From a virus (lineage: Duplodnaviria; Caudoviricetes): a stretch of DNA of 40,637 nt. Position numbers and translations under genes: made by a program. The stretch covers positions 1 to 40,637 of IMG/VR virus record IMGVR_UViG_3300020045_008796. One strand, written 5' to 3'. The first letter of the stretch is position 1, and every line of letters starts with the position of its first letter. Of this stretch, positions 26,543-35,389 are shown piece after piece. The notes beneath the pieces are model-generated. The model did not search any database and was not told where the DNA came from. It saw nothing but the letters and a program-made list of their open reading frames with translations.

Positions 26543-27892
26543 TTATCTCCTAAAGTGATTAATGGTGGGCATTGCGCTGACCACAGGGGGTTTGGCGGCA
26601 TTCTTCACAATGCCAGGGAATAGAGCAGTCAGCGCCCAGACGAGCGCGTCGGCGCGGTTGGGGCTGGTGTCACCCAAGTATCCCACGGTCGAGAAGGCAG
26701 TCAGCTCGTCCTCTAGCTCGCGGAAGTTTCCGACGTGGCGGACTTTGCCTTCCTCGTAGAGCGCGGAGATAGGCTCGGCGCGGACAGCCTTACCACGGCT
26801 CGCAGTCACGGCCAGGAAGGGCGTGCGGGCGCGCGACGTCTGTATGACCTGCCGTACCATTGCCCCGCCGTAGTTAACCTCGCCTACAACGATGTCAGCT
26901 TCGTGGCGGTCGAATGCGCTGGTGACAACCCTGCCCCAGGTGGACGGGCCAGCCTTGACTGTGCAGTCCTCAAGGAGGTAGGCATTGCCGTCTGTGCCCA
27001 GGCCAGCCACTACAATACCGATGGCATCATTGTCTGCGTTGTCGGAGTCGTCCGCGCCGGACGGGTCGACAGCCACCACGATGCGAACCATGTCAGGCAC
27101 TACACCATCGAGCACGCGCCACTTATCGATGTTCTCGTCTGTGAAGAGGGCATTCGGATTGGCGTCGGCGAAGTTGCCATCCAAGAAGCGCTTGCGCAGG
27201 CGAGGGCTCAGGGACTGCAGGGTGTCGAGGTAGCCATCGCTCAGGTTCTCCACGTTGTCTTGTGGGTTCATCTGGAAAGATGCGAAGTCGTCTGGCTTGG
27301 GCAGCGGCAGCTTGGACTCCGGGTCGACCTTCTTGACGAAGACAAGGTACGTCCAGTGCGACTTATTCGGTGGGTTGCAGTCGTAGAACATCCGCGGCTT
27401 GAGCTGCACGGAGTCCCTTCCTTTGATCAGCGTCATGGCAAGCTGAGCCAGTCGGGTGACCACCATGTTGCGACCGTTCCATGGGATCTGGCTGCACTCA
27501 TTCAGGTAGATGGTTGCGTACTCATTGCCGAGAATCTTCTCAGTGCGTTCCTTATCGTCCAGGCCGCCGAACCATATCTCTGAAGCCTGATCGGTGTCGG
27601 GGTTGATGGTGACGAACCAGTCGGACTTGTTCAGCTTCCACTTGACCTCGGGAAAGGCCACCTCCATCACCTTCGGAAAGGTGTCGAAGATGATAGACGA
27701 TTTGATATGGTTGAATCGGAAGCGCAGGATGCAATGCCGGCTGCGCGGAGCCTTGAGTGCTCGGAAGACTACGTTGCGCACGTGGAGGAAGGTCTTCCCA
27801 GAGCGCGAACCACCGAACAGCATCACATGCGTGGCCATGCCAGCGACGTAGGCCATCGCCTCCTTCTGCTTGGCGGTTAGCTTGAAGCTCAC
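26543..27892 (-). CDS. terL: Terminase large subunit
   Basis: Walker A GGSRSGKT, Walker B IYLNE, DCNP, nuclease VAVDPS...SPNRADALVWA. Confidence 0.93.
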   Translation of the reverse strand: MSFKLTAKQKEAMAYVAGMATHVMLFGGSRSGKTFLHVRNVVFRALKAPRSRHCILRFRFNHIKSSIIFDTFPKVMEVAFPEVKWKLNKSDWFVTINPDTDQASEIWFGGLDDKERTEKILGNEYATIYLNECSQIPWNGRNMVVTRLAQLAMTLIKGRDSVQLKPRMFYDCNPPNKSHWTYLVFVKKVDPESKLPLPKPDDFASFQMNPQDNVENLSDGYLDTLQSLSPRLRKRFLDGNFADANPNALFTDENIDKWRVLDGVVPDMVRIVVAVDPSGADDSDNADNDAIGIVVAGLGTDGNAYLLEDCTVKAGPSTWGRVVTSAFDRHEADIVVGEVNYGGAMVRQVIQTSRARTPFLAVTASRGKAVRAEPISALYEEGKVRHVGNFRELEDELTAFSTVGYLGDTSPNRADALVWALTALFPGIVKNAAKPPVVSAMPTINHFRR

Positions 27893-28425
27893 AGTTGCTC
27901 GTCCAGCGGCGACGCTTGAATGGTGACCACATAGGGCTTGTTGCCGTCCGGATTGGTTGGTGCAATCTTGGTCGGTGCGTCAAGGCCCAGGAGACGAGCG
28001 CGACGCTCCATGAGCTTGATGGCGCGGTCGATGGCTGCCAGCTTCGGGCCGTTGTCTTGCAGGCGCACGGTTACGATGTTGCCAGTGGTCGGGTTCACAG
28101 TTGGGTTGCCGTCAGCATCTTCGACCACATCACGAACGACTTGGCCACTGCTGATGAACGGATGGAAGCCTTGCAGCACGCGCATGACCTCCTGCTCCAG
28201 AGACTCCAGCTTGGCGAGCTCCAGCTTGCGAAGGTCATCGACTTCCTCGACTATGATCTCTCGGAGCGCCTTCTTGTACACCTTGTAGATGTACCCTTGC
28301 GTCATGTCCAGCTCTTCAGCGATGTCGGGGAAGCTAACCCCTTCGCGGCGGAGCTGGAGCACTCGCTTCTGCACGTAGCGCGTTCGCTCCGTTACAGTGG
28401 AGCTCTTGTTGGGAATGTAGGCCAT
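27889..28425 (-). CDS. terS: Terminase small subunit
   Basis: HTH LRREGVSFPDIAEEL, ERRARLLGLDAP; overlaps terL start. Confidence 0.78.
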   Translation of the reverse strand: MAYIPNKSSTVTERTRYVQKRVLQLRREGVSFPDIAEELDMTQGYIYKVYKKALREIIVEEVDDLRKLELAKLESLEQEVMRVLQGFHPFISSGQVVRDVVEDADGNPTVNPTTGNIVTVRLQDNGPKLAAIDRAIKLMERRARLLGLDAPTKIAPTNPDGNKPYVVTIQASPLDEQL

Positions 28426-28454
28426 TGGTTTGATCCAAACGATTAGTTGCCTCG

Positions 28455-28484
28455 ATGATAGCCTAGAGGCATACATCAAAGCAA
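28455..28484 (-). promoter_or_regulatory. Candidate late promoter for packaging/structural operon
   Basis: TTGCTT-N18-TATCAT; TGCCTC/GAGGCA inverted repeat flanks the -10. Confidence 0.45.
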
Positions 28485-28500
28485 CCAGCTCGGCAACCAA

Positions 28501-28611
28501 TTAGAGATCCTGAAGCAGCTTCCAGTTGGCGACCACCAACCACAGCACCACGGAGAGTACTGGAGATACCGGAGCGATGCAGATGGCAGCTAGCAACAGG
28601 ATTGTCTTCAT
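28501..28611 (-). CDS. Small hydrophobic protein (36 aa)
   Basis: MKTILLLAAI... after GGAG, immediately downstream of the deaminase stop. Confidence 0.5.
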   Translation of the reverse strand: MKTILLLAAICIAPVSPVLSVVLWLVVANWKLLQDL

Positions 28612-28612
28612 A

Positions 28613-29047
28613 CTAGTCTCCGAGCACCACGACAGGCAGCAGCACCTCACTGTAGATGGCCATTGCCTCGGCCATCTCATGCTGCCAGCGTTCGGTGAAG
28701 TCAATGGGAGGCAGCCGATACACCACCTTGGCAATGCCGGCCTGTACAACCTTCGCTGCGCACCGCGCGCAAGGCGGACGGGTCACATACATAGTCATGC
28801 CGGTGACGTCTCGCCTTGCGAAGAGCAGGGCATTATCTTCGGCATGGATGGTTCGCAGCAGCTTGCGCTCGCGGTCGCCCAGGGTCTCGGCATGGTCGAG
28901 GCAGCCACGAGGGAAGCCATTGAAGCCGGTCGACACAATGCGGTTATCGATGTCCACAATCACGGCTCCGACCTGGGTCGATGGATCTTTGCTCCAGCTA
29001 CCGACCAGTTCAGCCAGCTCAAGGAAGCGGCGGTCCCACTTGCTCAT
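28613..29047 (-). CDS. dCMP deaminase
   Basis: SKDPSTQVGAVIV, GFNGFPRG, HAEDNA, PCARC; start MSKWD after GAGGAG. Confidence 0.92.
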   Translation of the reverse strand: MSKWDRRFLELAELVGSWSKDPSTQVGAVIVDIDNRIVSTGFNGFPRGCLDHAETLGDRERKLLRTIHAEDNALLFARRDVTGMTMYVTRPPCARCAAKVVQAGIAKVVYRLPPIDFTERWQHEMAEAMAIYSEVLLPVVVLGD

Positions 29048-29130
29048 GAGCAGCTCCTCACGACAGCGATCACAACCACCGCCCAGAACATTGCAAGGTA
29101 GGCGAGGACTCGAAGGAGCGGCCAGTTCAC
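29044..29130 (-). CDS. 28-aa single-TM peptide (below ORF-track cutoff)
   Basis: GTG-NWPLLRVLAYLAMFWAVVVIAVVRSCS*; GTGA and ATGA overlaps with both neighbours; GAGGTG RBS. Confidence 0.55.
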   Translation of the reverse strand: MNWPLLRVLAYLAMFWAVVVIAVVRSCS

Positions 29131-29285
29131 AATGGCACCTCGGCGATCTCATACTGCTGGGTGCTCTTGTTCTTGAACACTGCGAGGCTGGCCGGAGCTT
29201 GGTAGCCATAGATACGCGCCAAGACGATTGGAAGCATCTTCGGCACGAGGTAGGCCACCAGAACATTATCCTTATTTCGCATCAT
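29127..29285 (-). CDS. Hypothetical protein (52 aa)
   Basis: AAGGA RBS; fills gap in the operon. Confidence 0.55.
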   Translation of the reverse strand: MMRNKDNVLVAYLVPKMLPIVLARIYGYQAPASLAVFKNKSTQQYEIAEVPL

Positions 29286-29568
29286 TGATCCTTTTGATTG
29301 CTGCTTCAACATAGACTGCCGCGTCGAGCATCTCCTCTTGAAGATGCCGAAGCCAGTCCACCAATTCTAAGTCAGTACGCTCCGTCGTGACACCGTACTT
29401 CTTGAAGCCGACCTTGCTGCGCTCGAGCAGGCTAGACCGGATGGTCTCGACGTTCTTGTCTGGTGACTGGGCAGCCTCCAGCATCTCGATGCGAGCAATG
29501 GCTCGCTCGATGTACGGTGACTTCTGCTGGTCGGCGAGCCGGCGCAGGTTGCTCATCAGATCGCTCAT
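29272..29568 (-). CDS. Small all-alpha NTP pyrophosphohydrolase (MazG-superfamily)-like protein
   Basis: GFKKYG...WLRHLQEEMLDAAVY (EExxD); GGAGG RBS, ATGA overlap. Confidence 0.55.
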   Translation of the reverse strand: MSDLMSNLRRLADQQKSPYIERAIARIEMLEAAQSPDKNVETIRSSLLERSKVGFKKYGVTTERTDLELVDWLRHLQEEMLDAAVYVEAAIKRINDAK

Positions 29569-29987
29569 GCTTGTACCTCCATACGCAGGCGTGTCTCGAA
29601 CCAAACCAAGAAGGCCTCCAAGCTGATGTCCACAGGGCAGCGCACTCGGCGCTTTCCGGCCGGCAGGTACCCGAACATGACTACCCTCCACTTGACGCGG
29701 TTCGACTTGTACAGCAGCACCGGTTCGCGAGTACTCCCCGCTTGCTGTTTGCATTGTTCCCAGAAACTACTCATGTTCGGATTCTCATGGTGCTTCACCT
29801 CTAAAGCAAGCCAATCTAATCCGACTATGTCATGACCTCCCTTATGACTCTGCATCAAGTTCCGCTCGAGCGAGGGCACCTCTCGATACGCATCCAAGTA
29901 GACCTTGGTAACCACTGGCTGCAACATCTTGACAACCTCTCGCTCAGCCCTCTGGCCTTTATCACGACTGAAACTTCCACTTGCCAT
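29565..29987 (-). CDS. PD-(D/E)XK Holliday junction resolvase-like nuclease
   Basis: SRDKGQRAEREV...GGHDI...LEVK...WEQ. Confidence 0.8.
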   Translation of the reverse strand: MASGSFSRDKGQRAEREVVKMLQPVVTKVYLDAYREVPSLERNLMQSHKGGHDIVGLDWLALEVKHHENPNMSSFWEQCKQQAGSTREPVLLYKSNRVKWRVVMFGYLPAGKRRVRCPVDISLEAFLVWFETRLRMEVQA

Positions 29988-30009
29988 CTTACTCTCCTTC
30001 TCCCAGTTA

Positions 30010-30238
30010 AGGGTGGTTATTACTCTACAAAAAGAAAATCTCCAATGACTTCAATAGGTTATATATATATTTAATATTTTTAATAAGTTTAAGGGGGATA
30101 TATAGACCATCTTATTATCTACTCTACTCAGCCCCTTTCCACTTAAAGCCACCCCCTAAAACCCAAAATCCCAAAAAACCTAATGACTTCAATAGGTTAG
30201 GGCCAAAAACGGCCCTTTTCGCTATAAAAAGGTTAACC
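30010..30238. other. Putative replication origin
   Basis: Largest AT-rich non-coding gap; exact 18-bp direct repeat AATGACTTCAATAGGTTA at 30044-30061 and 30182-30199; directly downstream of the primase gene. Confidence 0.6.
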
Positions 30239-32485
30239 CCAGTTAGAGCTGATTCCGTACGCCACTCCGGAGAATTTATACTTCTCGAGTAGTTGCGGGC
30301 GTGCAATCTCGACCAGCATACCGGAGTCCAACATTACTTGAAGCGTCCGCTTGAGTGCATTGGTCGAGCCAATCTTATCGTGACGGAAGCTGGCCACCGC
30401 GGCTGTGCGCTGGGCGAGGTGGGCATACGGAATAATCTTTGCTTTGAGCAGCGCACCGAATCTGTCTTTCGCCGCTTTCGGTGGATGATTGAAGTAGCCT
30501 TCGATTGCACGCTTCAGATCGTGGTATTGCTTGCTGTCTCCCTGGCCCACGTCACCCTCCTTGAAACGGGCCGCAACGAGCTCGACGTCGCGCGTCACAA
30601 AGTCAATAGCCCACTGGGCCATATCGGCAGTGACGACGGGCTGGTGGGGGTTACAGCCGACGGCTAGCAGGGCGGAGAGCTTGAGGGCTTTCAAGTGGGC
30701 ACGGTTCCAGACCTGCATTTCAACGTCCATCTTGCTGGCATTCATAATGCCGTCCGCCCGGGTGTCGAAGTCATCGAGCAGGGCTACACTGTGGCTATCA
30801 AGTTGCACCGGCGCGCAGGCGTTATTGTTCGAGGTGGTCAGGCTTATGGCCACCAAGTCGATAAAGCGTTGGGCGAGACCCTGGGAGGGTGGCACGTTGG
30901 CATTACGATTGCGCGGCACGCGGTCGCCTGAATACTCGATGACCGAGAAGCGCGGGATAAGCCCCTCGGCAATGTGCGAGGCGTCCAGCCCGTCGAAGAA
31001 GGTCTCGGGAGTGGACTCTCCCAGGATGGTAACGTTCGGGGCTTGGATGATCTTGGTATTCTTGTCGGTGTCCGAGTAGACCGAAGAGCGCAGCATGCGG
31101 TTCCATCCAGACTTGGCATACAGGTCGAGAAGCACCTTGCGGAGCATCAGCTGCGCGGAGTTGGCGCGCTGGTCGGACAGCTGCTGAAGCGTGAGGCCGA
31201 ACTCGCCGAGCACGGATACAAAGCAAGGCTTGTCATTGAGCACCTTGACTAGCGCTTGACCGGATGCGAATGCGGCAGGGCCGATGAATTGGTCCACCAT
31301 CGGAATCTGCGCACGCACGGCGGAGATCAGATTCTCGATGCCGCTAAGTGCTCCTTCCTTGCCTGAGCCGGTCTTTGCCAGCAAGATCAGATATTGGTTG
31401 AGGCCGGAGCCTGAGATGTTGTATGAGCGTCCGCAGACACCGGCTGTCAAAGCGAGCGCCGCCGCGAGAGCAATCTCTGGCACTGGGCGGATGGCCGTCT
31501 GATAGAAATAGCTAGCCAGCTCCCCAACCAACCCAGGGGGAAGCGTTATGCCCGGAACTGACGGAGGTCTACTGGGGTCTACGGTGATCGAGGTAGAACT
31601 GGGTATACCAAGGTTACCTGAGTTATTGGGTGATGGGGTAACCTGCGGTAACTTCGCTATAAGTGCCTCAGCATTAGCAGCGATGGCCGTCATGTCCACA
31701 GGTGCTGGCTGCTGAGCACGTATCTTGCTGAGCGCGAAGTTCAGATACGTGTCATTGCGGATAGCCTTCTCTCGCTTGCCTAGGGCGCTCATGCGGAAGA
31801 GCCTGCGCACCTGTTCGTTGTCTGGCGTGTAGTACGCGATGATGGAGAGCAGGGCGAAGTCGGCCTCGCTTTGGCTTGGATAGCCTGTCATGTCGCCAGC
31901 GCAAAGCGCGTTGAACTTCTCGGCATTGCTGGCGCGCATGGCCATGGCAATGACTTCCTCGTCTTCTTGAATGGCCTCACGGTCATTGAGCTCGACGGTG
32001 GCTGCCGGCTTCATCTCTCCGTAGAGCACGTCAAGCAGTTGCTGGTAGTCGCTGATTGGGGTATTGCGCACCACGTCGCCGGTACAGATCATATAGCGCG
32101 CTGAGCTGTAGACCTCCACATTGTCGCGGTGCACCCCGGACGGGAGCTTGCCCTTGACGATGATATGGTATCCGCGGCCGCTGGCAGAGCGCTCAGTATA
32201 GCTATCGAAGGCAGTCAGGATCTTCTGATGCCTTGCCCACTCTTCCTCGCTAAGCGGCTTGTCGGGCTTGTTGTCCAGATCGATGATGCAATATGGGTCC
32301 CAGGTGGCCAGCACGAAGCCGACATACTTGAAGCCAGTGCGGCAGGCTTCTTCAAAGGTTCCCCAGGTGGCAGGATCGGTTACGCTGGCGGCTTGGCCGG
32401 TGCGTGGGCTGACTGGAATCTTATCGACACCAGCACACACCCACTGCGGCAAAGCTCGCAGTTCGGTTGGAATGTTTTGTCTCAT
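30233..32485 (-). CDS. NrS-1-type primase-polymerase fused to a P-loop (DUF3987-like) helicase domain
   Basis: LPQWV, DPATWGTF, IIDLD, ERSASGRGYHII, YPSQSEAD helical bundle; AKTGSGKE Walker A. Confidence 0.85.
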   Translation of the reverse strand: MRQNIPTELRALPQWVCAGVDKIPVSPRTGQAASVTDPATWGTFEEACRTGFKYVGFVLATWDPYCIIDLDNKPDKPLSEEEWARHQKILTAFDSYTERSASGRGYHIIVKGKLPSGVHRDNVEVYSSARYMICTGDVVRNTPISDYQQLLDVLYGEMKPAATVELNDREAIQEDEEVIAMAMRASNAEKFNALCAGDMTGYPSQSEADFALLSIIAYYTPDNEQVRRLFRMSALGKREKAIRNDTYLNFALSKIRAQQPAPVDMTAIAANAEALIAKLPQVTPSPNNSGNLGIPSSTSITVDPSRPPSVPGITLPPGLVGELASYFYQTAIRPVPEIALAAALALTAGVCGRSYNISGSGLNQYLILLAKTGSGKEGALSGIENLISAVRAQIPMVDQFIGPAAFASGQALVKVLNDKPCFVSVLGEFGLTLQQLSDQRANSAQLMLRKVLLDLYAKSGWNRMLRSSVYSDTDKNTKIIQAPNVTILGESTPETFFDGLDASHIAEGLIPRFSVIEYSGDRVPRNRNANVPPSQGLAQRFIDLVAISLTTSNNNACAPVQLDSHSVALLDDFDTRADGIMNASKMDVEMQVWNRAHLKALKLSALLAVGCNPHQPVVTADMAQWAIDFVTRDVELVAARFKEGDVGQGDSKQYHDLKRAIEGYFNHPPKAAKDRFGALLKAKIIPYAHLAQRTAAVASFRHDKIGSTNALKRTLQVMLDSGMLVEIARPQLLEKYKFSGVAYGISSNWG

Positions 32486-32694
32486 ACCAGATGACTGCCG
32501 GAGAGGTGCTCATACAGATACTGCACGCGGTTGACAGATGGATTTTTATATGAGCCGGACACGAACTTGCGCAGCCAGTAGAAAGATATCTTGGTCTCTG
32601 AATAGACCTCAAGTAGATCACGCCCTTTGAGCAGATCAATAGTCTTTAGCATCAGACTGTTGGGCTGGTCATAGGGCTCATGTTTTTGGGACAT
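32482..32694 (-). CDS. Small HTH (Cro/XRE-like) regulator
   Basis: 70 aa; ISFYWLRKF...NPSVNRVQ.LYE; first gene of leftward unit. Confidence 0.65.
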   Translation of the reverse strand: MSQKHEPYDQPNSLMLKTIDLLKGRDLLEVYSETKISFYWLRKFVSGSYKNPSVNRVQYLYEHLSGSHLV

Positions 32695-32728
32695 AGCTAT
32701 AGACTCCGTTGTGGGGATGGACCGGCCC

Positions 32729-32758
32729 ATTATAGGGAAAGCTAACCTTATCGGGCAA
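32729..32758 (-). promoter_or_regulatory. Leftward sigma70-like promoter
   Basis: TTGCCC-N18-TATAAT. Confidence 0.65.
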
Positions 32759-32784
32759 GCCTTTTTCGGGGAACCAAATAACAC

Positions 32785-32813
32785 TTGGAGATGCTCGAGT
32801 ACCTCTTTATAAT
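32785..32813 (+). promoter_or_regulatory. Rightward sigma70-like promoter
   Basis: TTGGAG-N17-TATAAT. Confidence 0.6.
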
Positions 32814-32841
32814 GGGCCTTCGTTCAACAAAAGGAGTTAGC

Positions 32842-33213
32842 ATGCAAGACCCCGCGTATGTGAACATGGTTCAAAGCCTGTTCAAGACCAAAGACTTTAA
32901 TGTGGCAGCAGATGGCATGATGCATGCTGCCATCGGTGTAGCTGGTGAAGCCGGTGAGCTTCTGGATGCCGTGAAAAAGGTCTGGGCCTACGGTAAGCCG
33001 CTTGACCTCGAGAATGCCATCGAAGAGCTGGGCGACCTCGAGTTCTATATGGAAGCCCTGCGCCAGCAGATCGGCGTCAGCCGCGAGCAAGTCCTCCAAG
33101 CTAATCAAGAAAAGCTTGCCAAACGTTATCCAGGTCTCCGATACTCCGACTCACTGGCCCAGCAGCGTCTCGACAAAGAGAGCACCGTCGGCCGGGATCG
33201 TTTTCAACCCTAA
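32842..33213 (+). CDS. MazG-like nucleotide pyrophosphohydrolase
   Basis: GVAGEAGELLDAVKK...EELGDLEFY...NQEKL.KRYP; AAGGAG RBS. Confidence 0.88.
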   Translation: MQDPAYVNMVQSLFKTKDFNVAADGMMHAAIGVAGEAGELLDAVKKVWAYGKPLDLENAIEELGDLEFYMEALRQQIGVSREQVLQANQEKLAKRYPGLRYSDSLAQQRLDKESTVGRDRFQP

Positions 33214-33223
33214 GGAGATCAGA

Positions 33224-33640
33224 ATGGAACTCGCGCAACAGATTAAACTGCAGGAGTGGAATGAAGCACTCGTCGCAGCTACCGAAGCCAAGAAGGCTAT
33301 CGAGAAGGAGCAGGCGCTCCGCAAGGAAATCATGGCCCTGTTCTTCCCCGCTCCGGAAGAAGGCACCAACAAAGTGGACCTCGGCGCTGGCTGGACTCTC
33401 AAGGCCACCCATAAGATCGACCGCAAGATCGACGAGGCAGCATTGCCGGCAGTCTTCCAGCAGCTTCGCGAGATGGGTGTCAACCCTGACCCGCTGGTGC
33501 GCGCAGTGCCTGCCCTCGAGACCAAGGCATACAAGTCCCTGGCCCAAATCAACCCCGACGCTTCGCGCGTCTTCGAGCAGGCTTTGACCATCAAGCCGGG
33601 CTCTCCCACTCTGGAGCTCATCCCTCCGAAGGCGGCGTAA
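33224..33640 (+). CDS. Hypothetical protein of the Sak4/SSB module
   Basis: AAGGAG RBS; coiled-coil N-terminus; PEEGTN, KPGSPTL; TAATG overlap with ATPase. Confidence 0.75.
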   Translation: MELAQQIKLQEWNEALVAATEAKKAIEKEQALRKEIMALFFPAPEEGTNKVDLGAGWTLKATHKIDRKIDEAALPAVFQQLREMGVNPDPLVRAVPALETKAYKSLAQINPDASRVFEQALTIKPGSPTLELIPPKAA

Positions 33641-34323
33641 TGGCCGTCCATATAACCACAACCCAGCAGGCTGCCCAGTTGCACGGCATTAAGTGCCTTG
33701 TCTATGGCAAGTCGGGTGCGGGCAAGACAAAGCTCGCGGCGACTGCCCCTGCCCCGATCATCCTGTCGGCCGAGTCCGGTATCCTGTCTCTTCGGGAGTT
33801 CCAGATCCCGATGATTCAGATCAAGACAGTGGCCGACCTGACCGAGGTGCACCAATGGGCTTTGAACTCGGCCGAGGCCAAGCAGTTCGCCACCATCTAT
33901 ATCGACTCCATCTCGGAGATCGGAGAGGTAGTTCTGGCGAATGCCAAGGCCCAAGTTAAAGACCCGCGTCAAGCCTACGGCGAGCTCATCGAAAAGATGA
34001 TGGCGACCATCAAAGCATTCCGTGACCTGCCCGGCAAGAATGTGGTCATGGCTGCAAAGCAAGAGCCCATCAAAGATGAGATGACCGGAATCGTGCAGTA
34101 CGGCCCAAGCATGCCGGGTTCGAAGCTCGGCCCGCAGCTTCCATATTTATTCGATGAAGTGTTCCGGCTCGGTGTCGGAAAGACTCCGCAAGGAGTAGAA
34201 TACAGGTTCTTGCAGACCGGACCCGATCTGCAGTACGACGCTAAAGACCGGTCGGGGTCTTTGGATCCCGTTGAACGTCCCGACCTTTCGTTTGTTTTCG
34301 GTAAAATCCTAGGAGTTAAATAA
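33640..34323 (+). CDS. AAA_24 / Sak4-like ATPase (recombinase-type)
   Basis: YGKSGAGKT, IYIDSISE, AKDRSG. Confidence 0.85.
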   Translation: MAVHITTTQQAAQLHGIKCLVYGKSGAGKTKLAATAPAPIILSAESGILSLREFQIPMIQIKTVADLTEVHQWALNSAEAKQFATIYIDSISEIGEVVLANAKAQVKDPRQAYGELIEKMMATIKAFRDLPGKNVVMAAKQEPIKDEMTGIVQYGPSMPGSKLGPQLPYLFDEVFRLGVGKTPQGVEYRFLQTGPDLQYDAKDRSGSLDPVERPDLSFVFGKILGVK

Positions 34324-35096
34324 TGGCCAAATTGAATTTCGATGCATCGCAAGTCGCCCCGAGTGAAGCTCTCGAGGCAATCCCCGCAGGTTGGTACAAC
34401 GCGCAGATGACCGCTTCAGAGATGAAGCCCACCTCTGACGGCACTGGTGCCTACCTGCAAGCCGAGTTCACCGTGCTCAGTGGTGACTATGCTGGCCGCA
34501 AGCTGTTCGATCGCATCAACCTGCAGAACAAGAACCCAGTGGCAGTGGAGATCGGCTACAAGACGCTGTCGGCTATCTGCCACGCTGTCGGCGTGATCCA
34601 AGTGCAAGATAGCCAACAGCTCCACGGTCGTCCGTTGCAGCTGAAGGTCTCCTTGCGTGCTGCTGGCCCAGGTGCCGACGGCAAGCATTACGAGGCCAGC
34701 AATGAGGTCAAGGGCTACAAAGGCATGGACGGTGCCGGCGTGCCGATGGCTGGTGCCCCTGCCGGTGGTGCTCCGAGCTGGGCTCCGCAAGCTCCTGCCC
34801 AGCAGGCCGCCCCTCAGTATGCACCGCCTCCAGCAGCGGCTCCGCAACAGTGGGCGCCGCCTGCCCAACCCGCTGCGGCAGCCCCTCAGCAATGGCAGCA
34901 ACCGGCTCCCCAAGCGCCGCAAGCCCCTGCCCCTCAGCAATGGGCACCCCCTGCCCAGCAGGCCACCCCTGCGCCCCAGCAAGCGGCTCCCACGCCTCCA
35001 TGGCAAGGTCAGCCGGCTGCTCAGGCACCTGCCGTCGGCCAGCCTGTCGCGCAAAGCAACGCACCGGTACCGCCCTGGGCTCAGCCAGCTAAGTAA
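34323..35096 (+). CDS. DUF669-type single-stranded DNA-binding protein with P/Q/A-rich tail
   Basis: IPAGWY, G.YAGRKLFDRINL, LSAICHAVG, NEVKGY; follows Sak4-like gene. Confidence 0.8.
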   Translation: MAKLNFDASQVAPSEALEAIPAGWYNAQMTASEMKPTSDGTGAYLQAEFTVLSGDYAGRKLFDRINLQNKNPVAVEIGYKTLSAICHAVGVIQVQDSQQLHGRPLQLKVSLRAAGPGADGKHYEASNEVKGYKGMDGAGVPMAGAPAGGAPSWAPQAPAQQAAPQYAPPPAAAPQQWAPPAQPAAAAPQQWQQPAPQAPQAPAPQQWAPPAQQATPAPQQAAPTPPWQGQPAAQAPAVGQPVAQSNAPVPPWAQPAK

Positions 35097-35106
35097 CCCA
35101 AGCACG

Positions 35107-35143
35107 AGGCCCGTTCCGAAAGGTTCGGGCCTTTCTTCTCTTT
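35107..35143 (+). terminator. Rho-independent terminator
   Basis: AGGCCCG..CC-GAAA-GG..CGGGCCT followed by TTCTTCTCTTT. Confidence 0.75.
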
Positions 35144-35152
35144 GGAGTACTT

Positions 35153-35389
35153 ATGCAATCTAAAGTCGGATCCTTTATCGAAAGCCTGATCAACATCTTG
35201 ATCGGATTCGGGATTGCCTTTGGAAGCCAGATTCTGATCTTCCCTCTGTATGGCGTCCATATTCCAATCCACGACAACATTATGATCACTGTCTGGTTCA
35301 CGCTAATCTCCATCGTTCGGAGTTATACTCTGCGCAGGGTGTTTAACCGAATCACAACTTGGAGAATAACCAATGCTACTCGCAACTAA
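35153..35389 (+). CDS. Small 2-TM membrane protein
   Basis: QSK..SFIESLINI.IG...SIVRSY.LRRVFN; GGAG RBS. Confidence 0.75.
   Translation: MQSKVGSFIESLINILIGFGIAFGSQILIFPLYGVHIPIHDNIMITVWFTLISIVRSYTLRRVFNRITTWRITNATRN

Noticed and set aside
32482-32694. Lysogeny module
   Set aside because: Only a small HTH; no integrase, CI-type repressor or partition genes recognised.
32866-32883. VQSLF in the MazG-like protein as another clamp-binding motif
   Set aside because: Spacing does not fit Q-x-[SD]-L-F and it is likely part of a helix.
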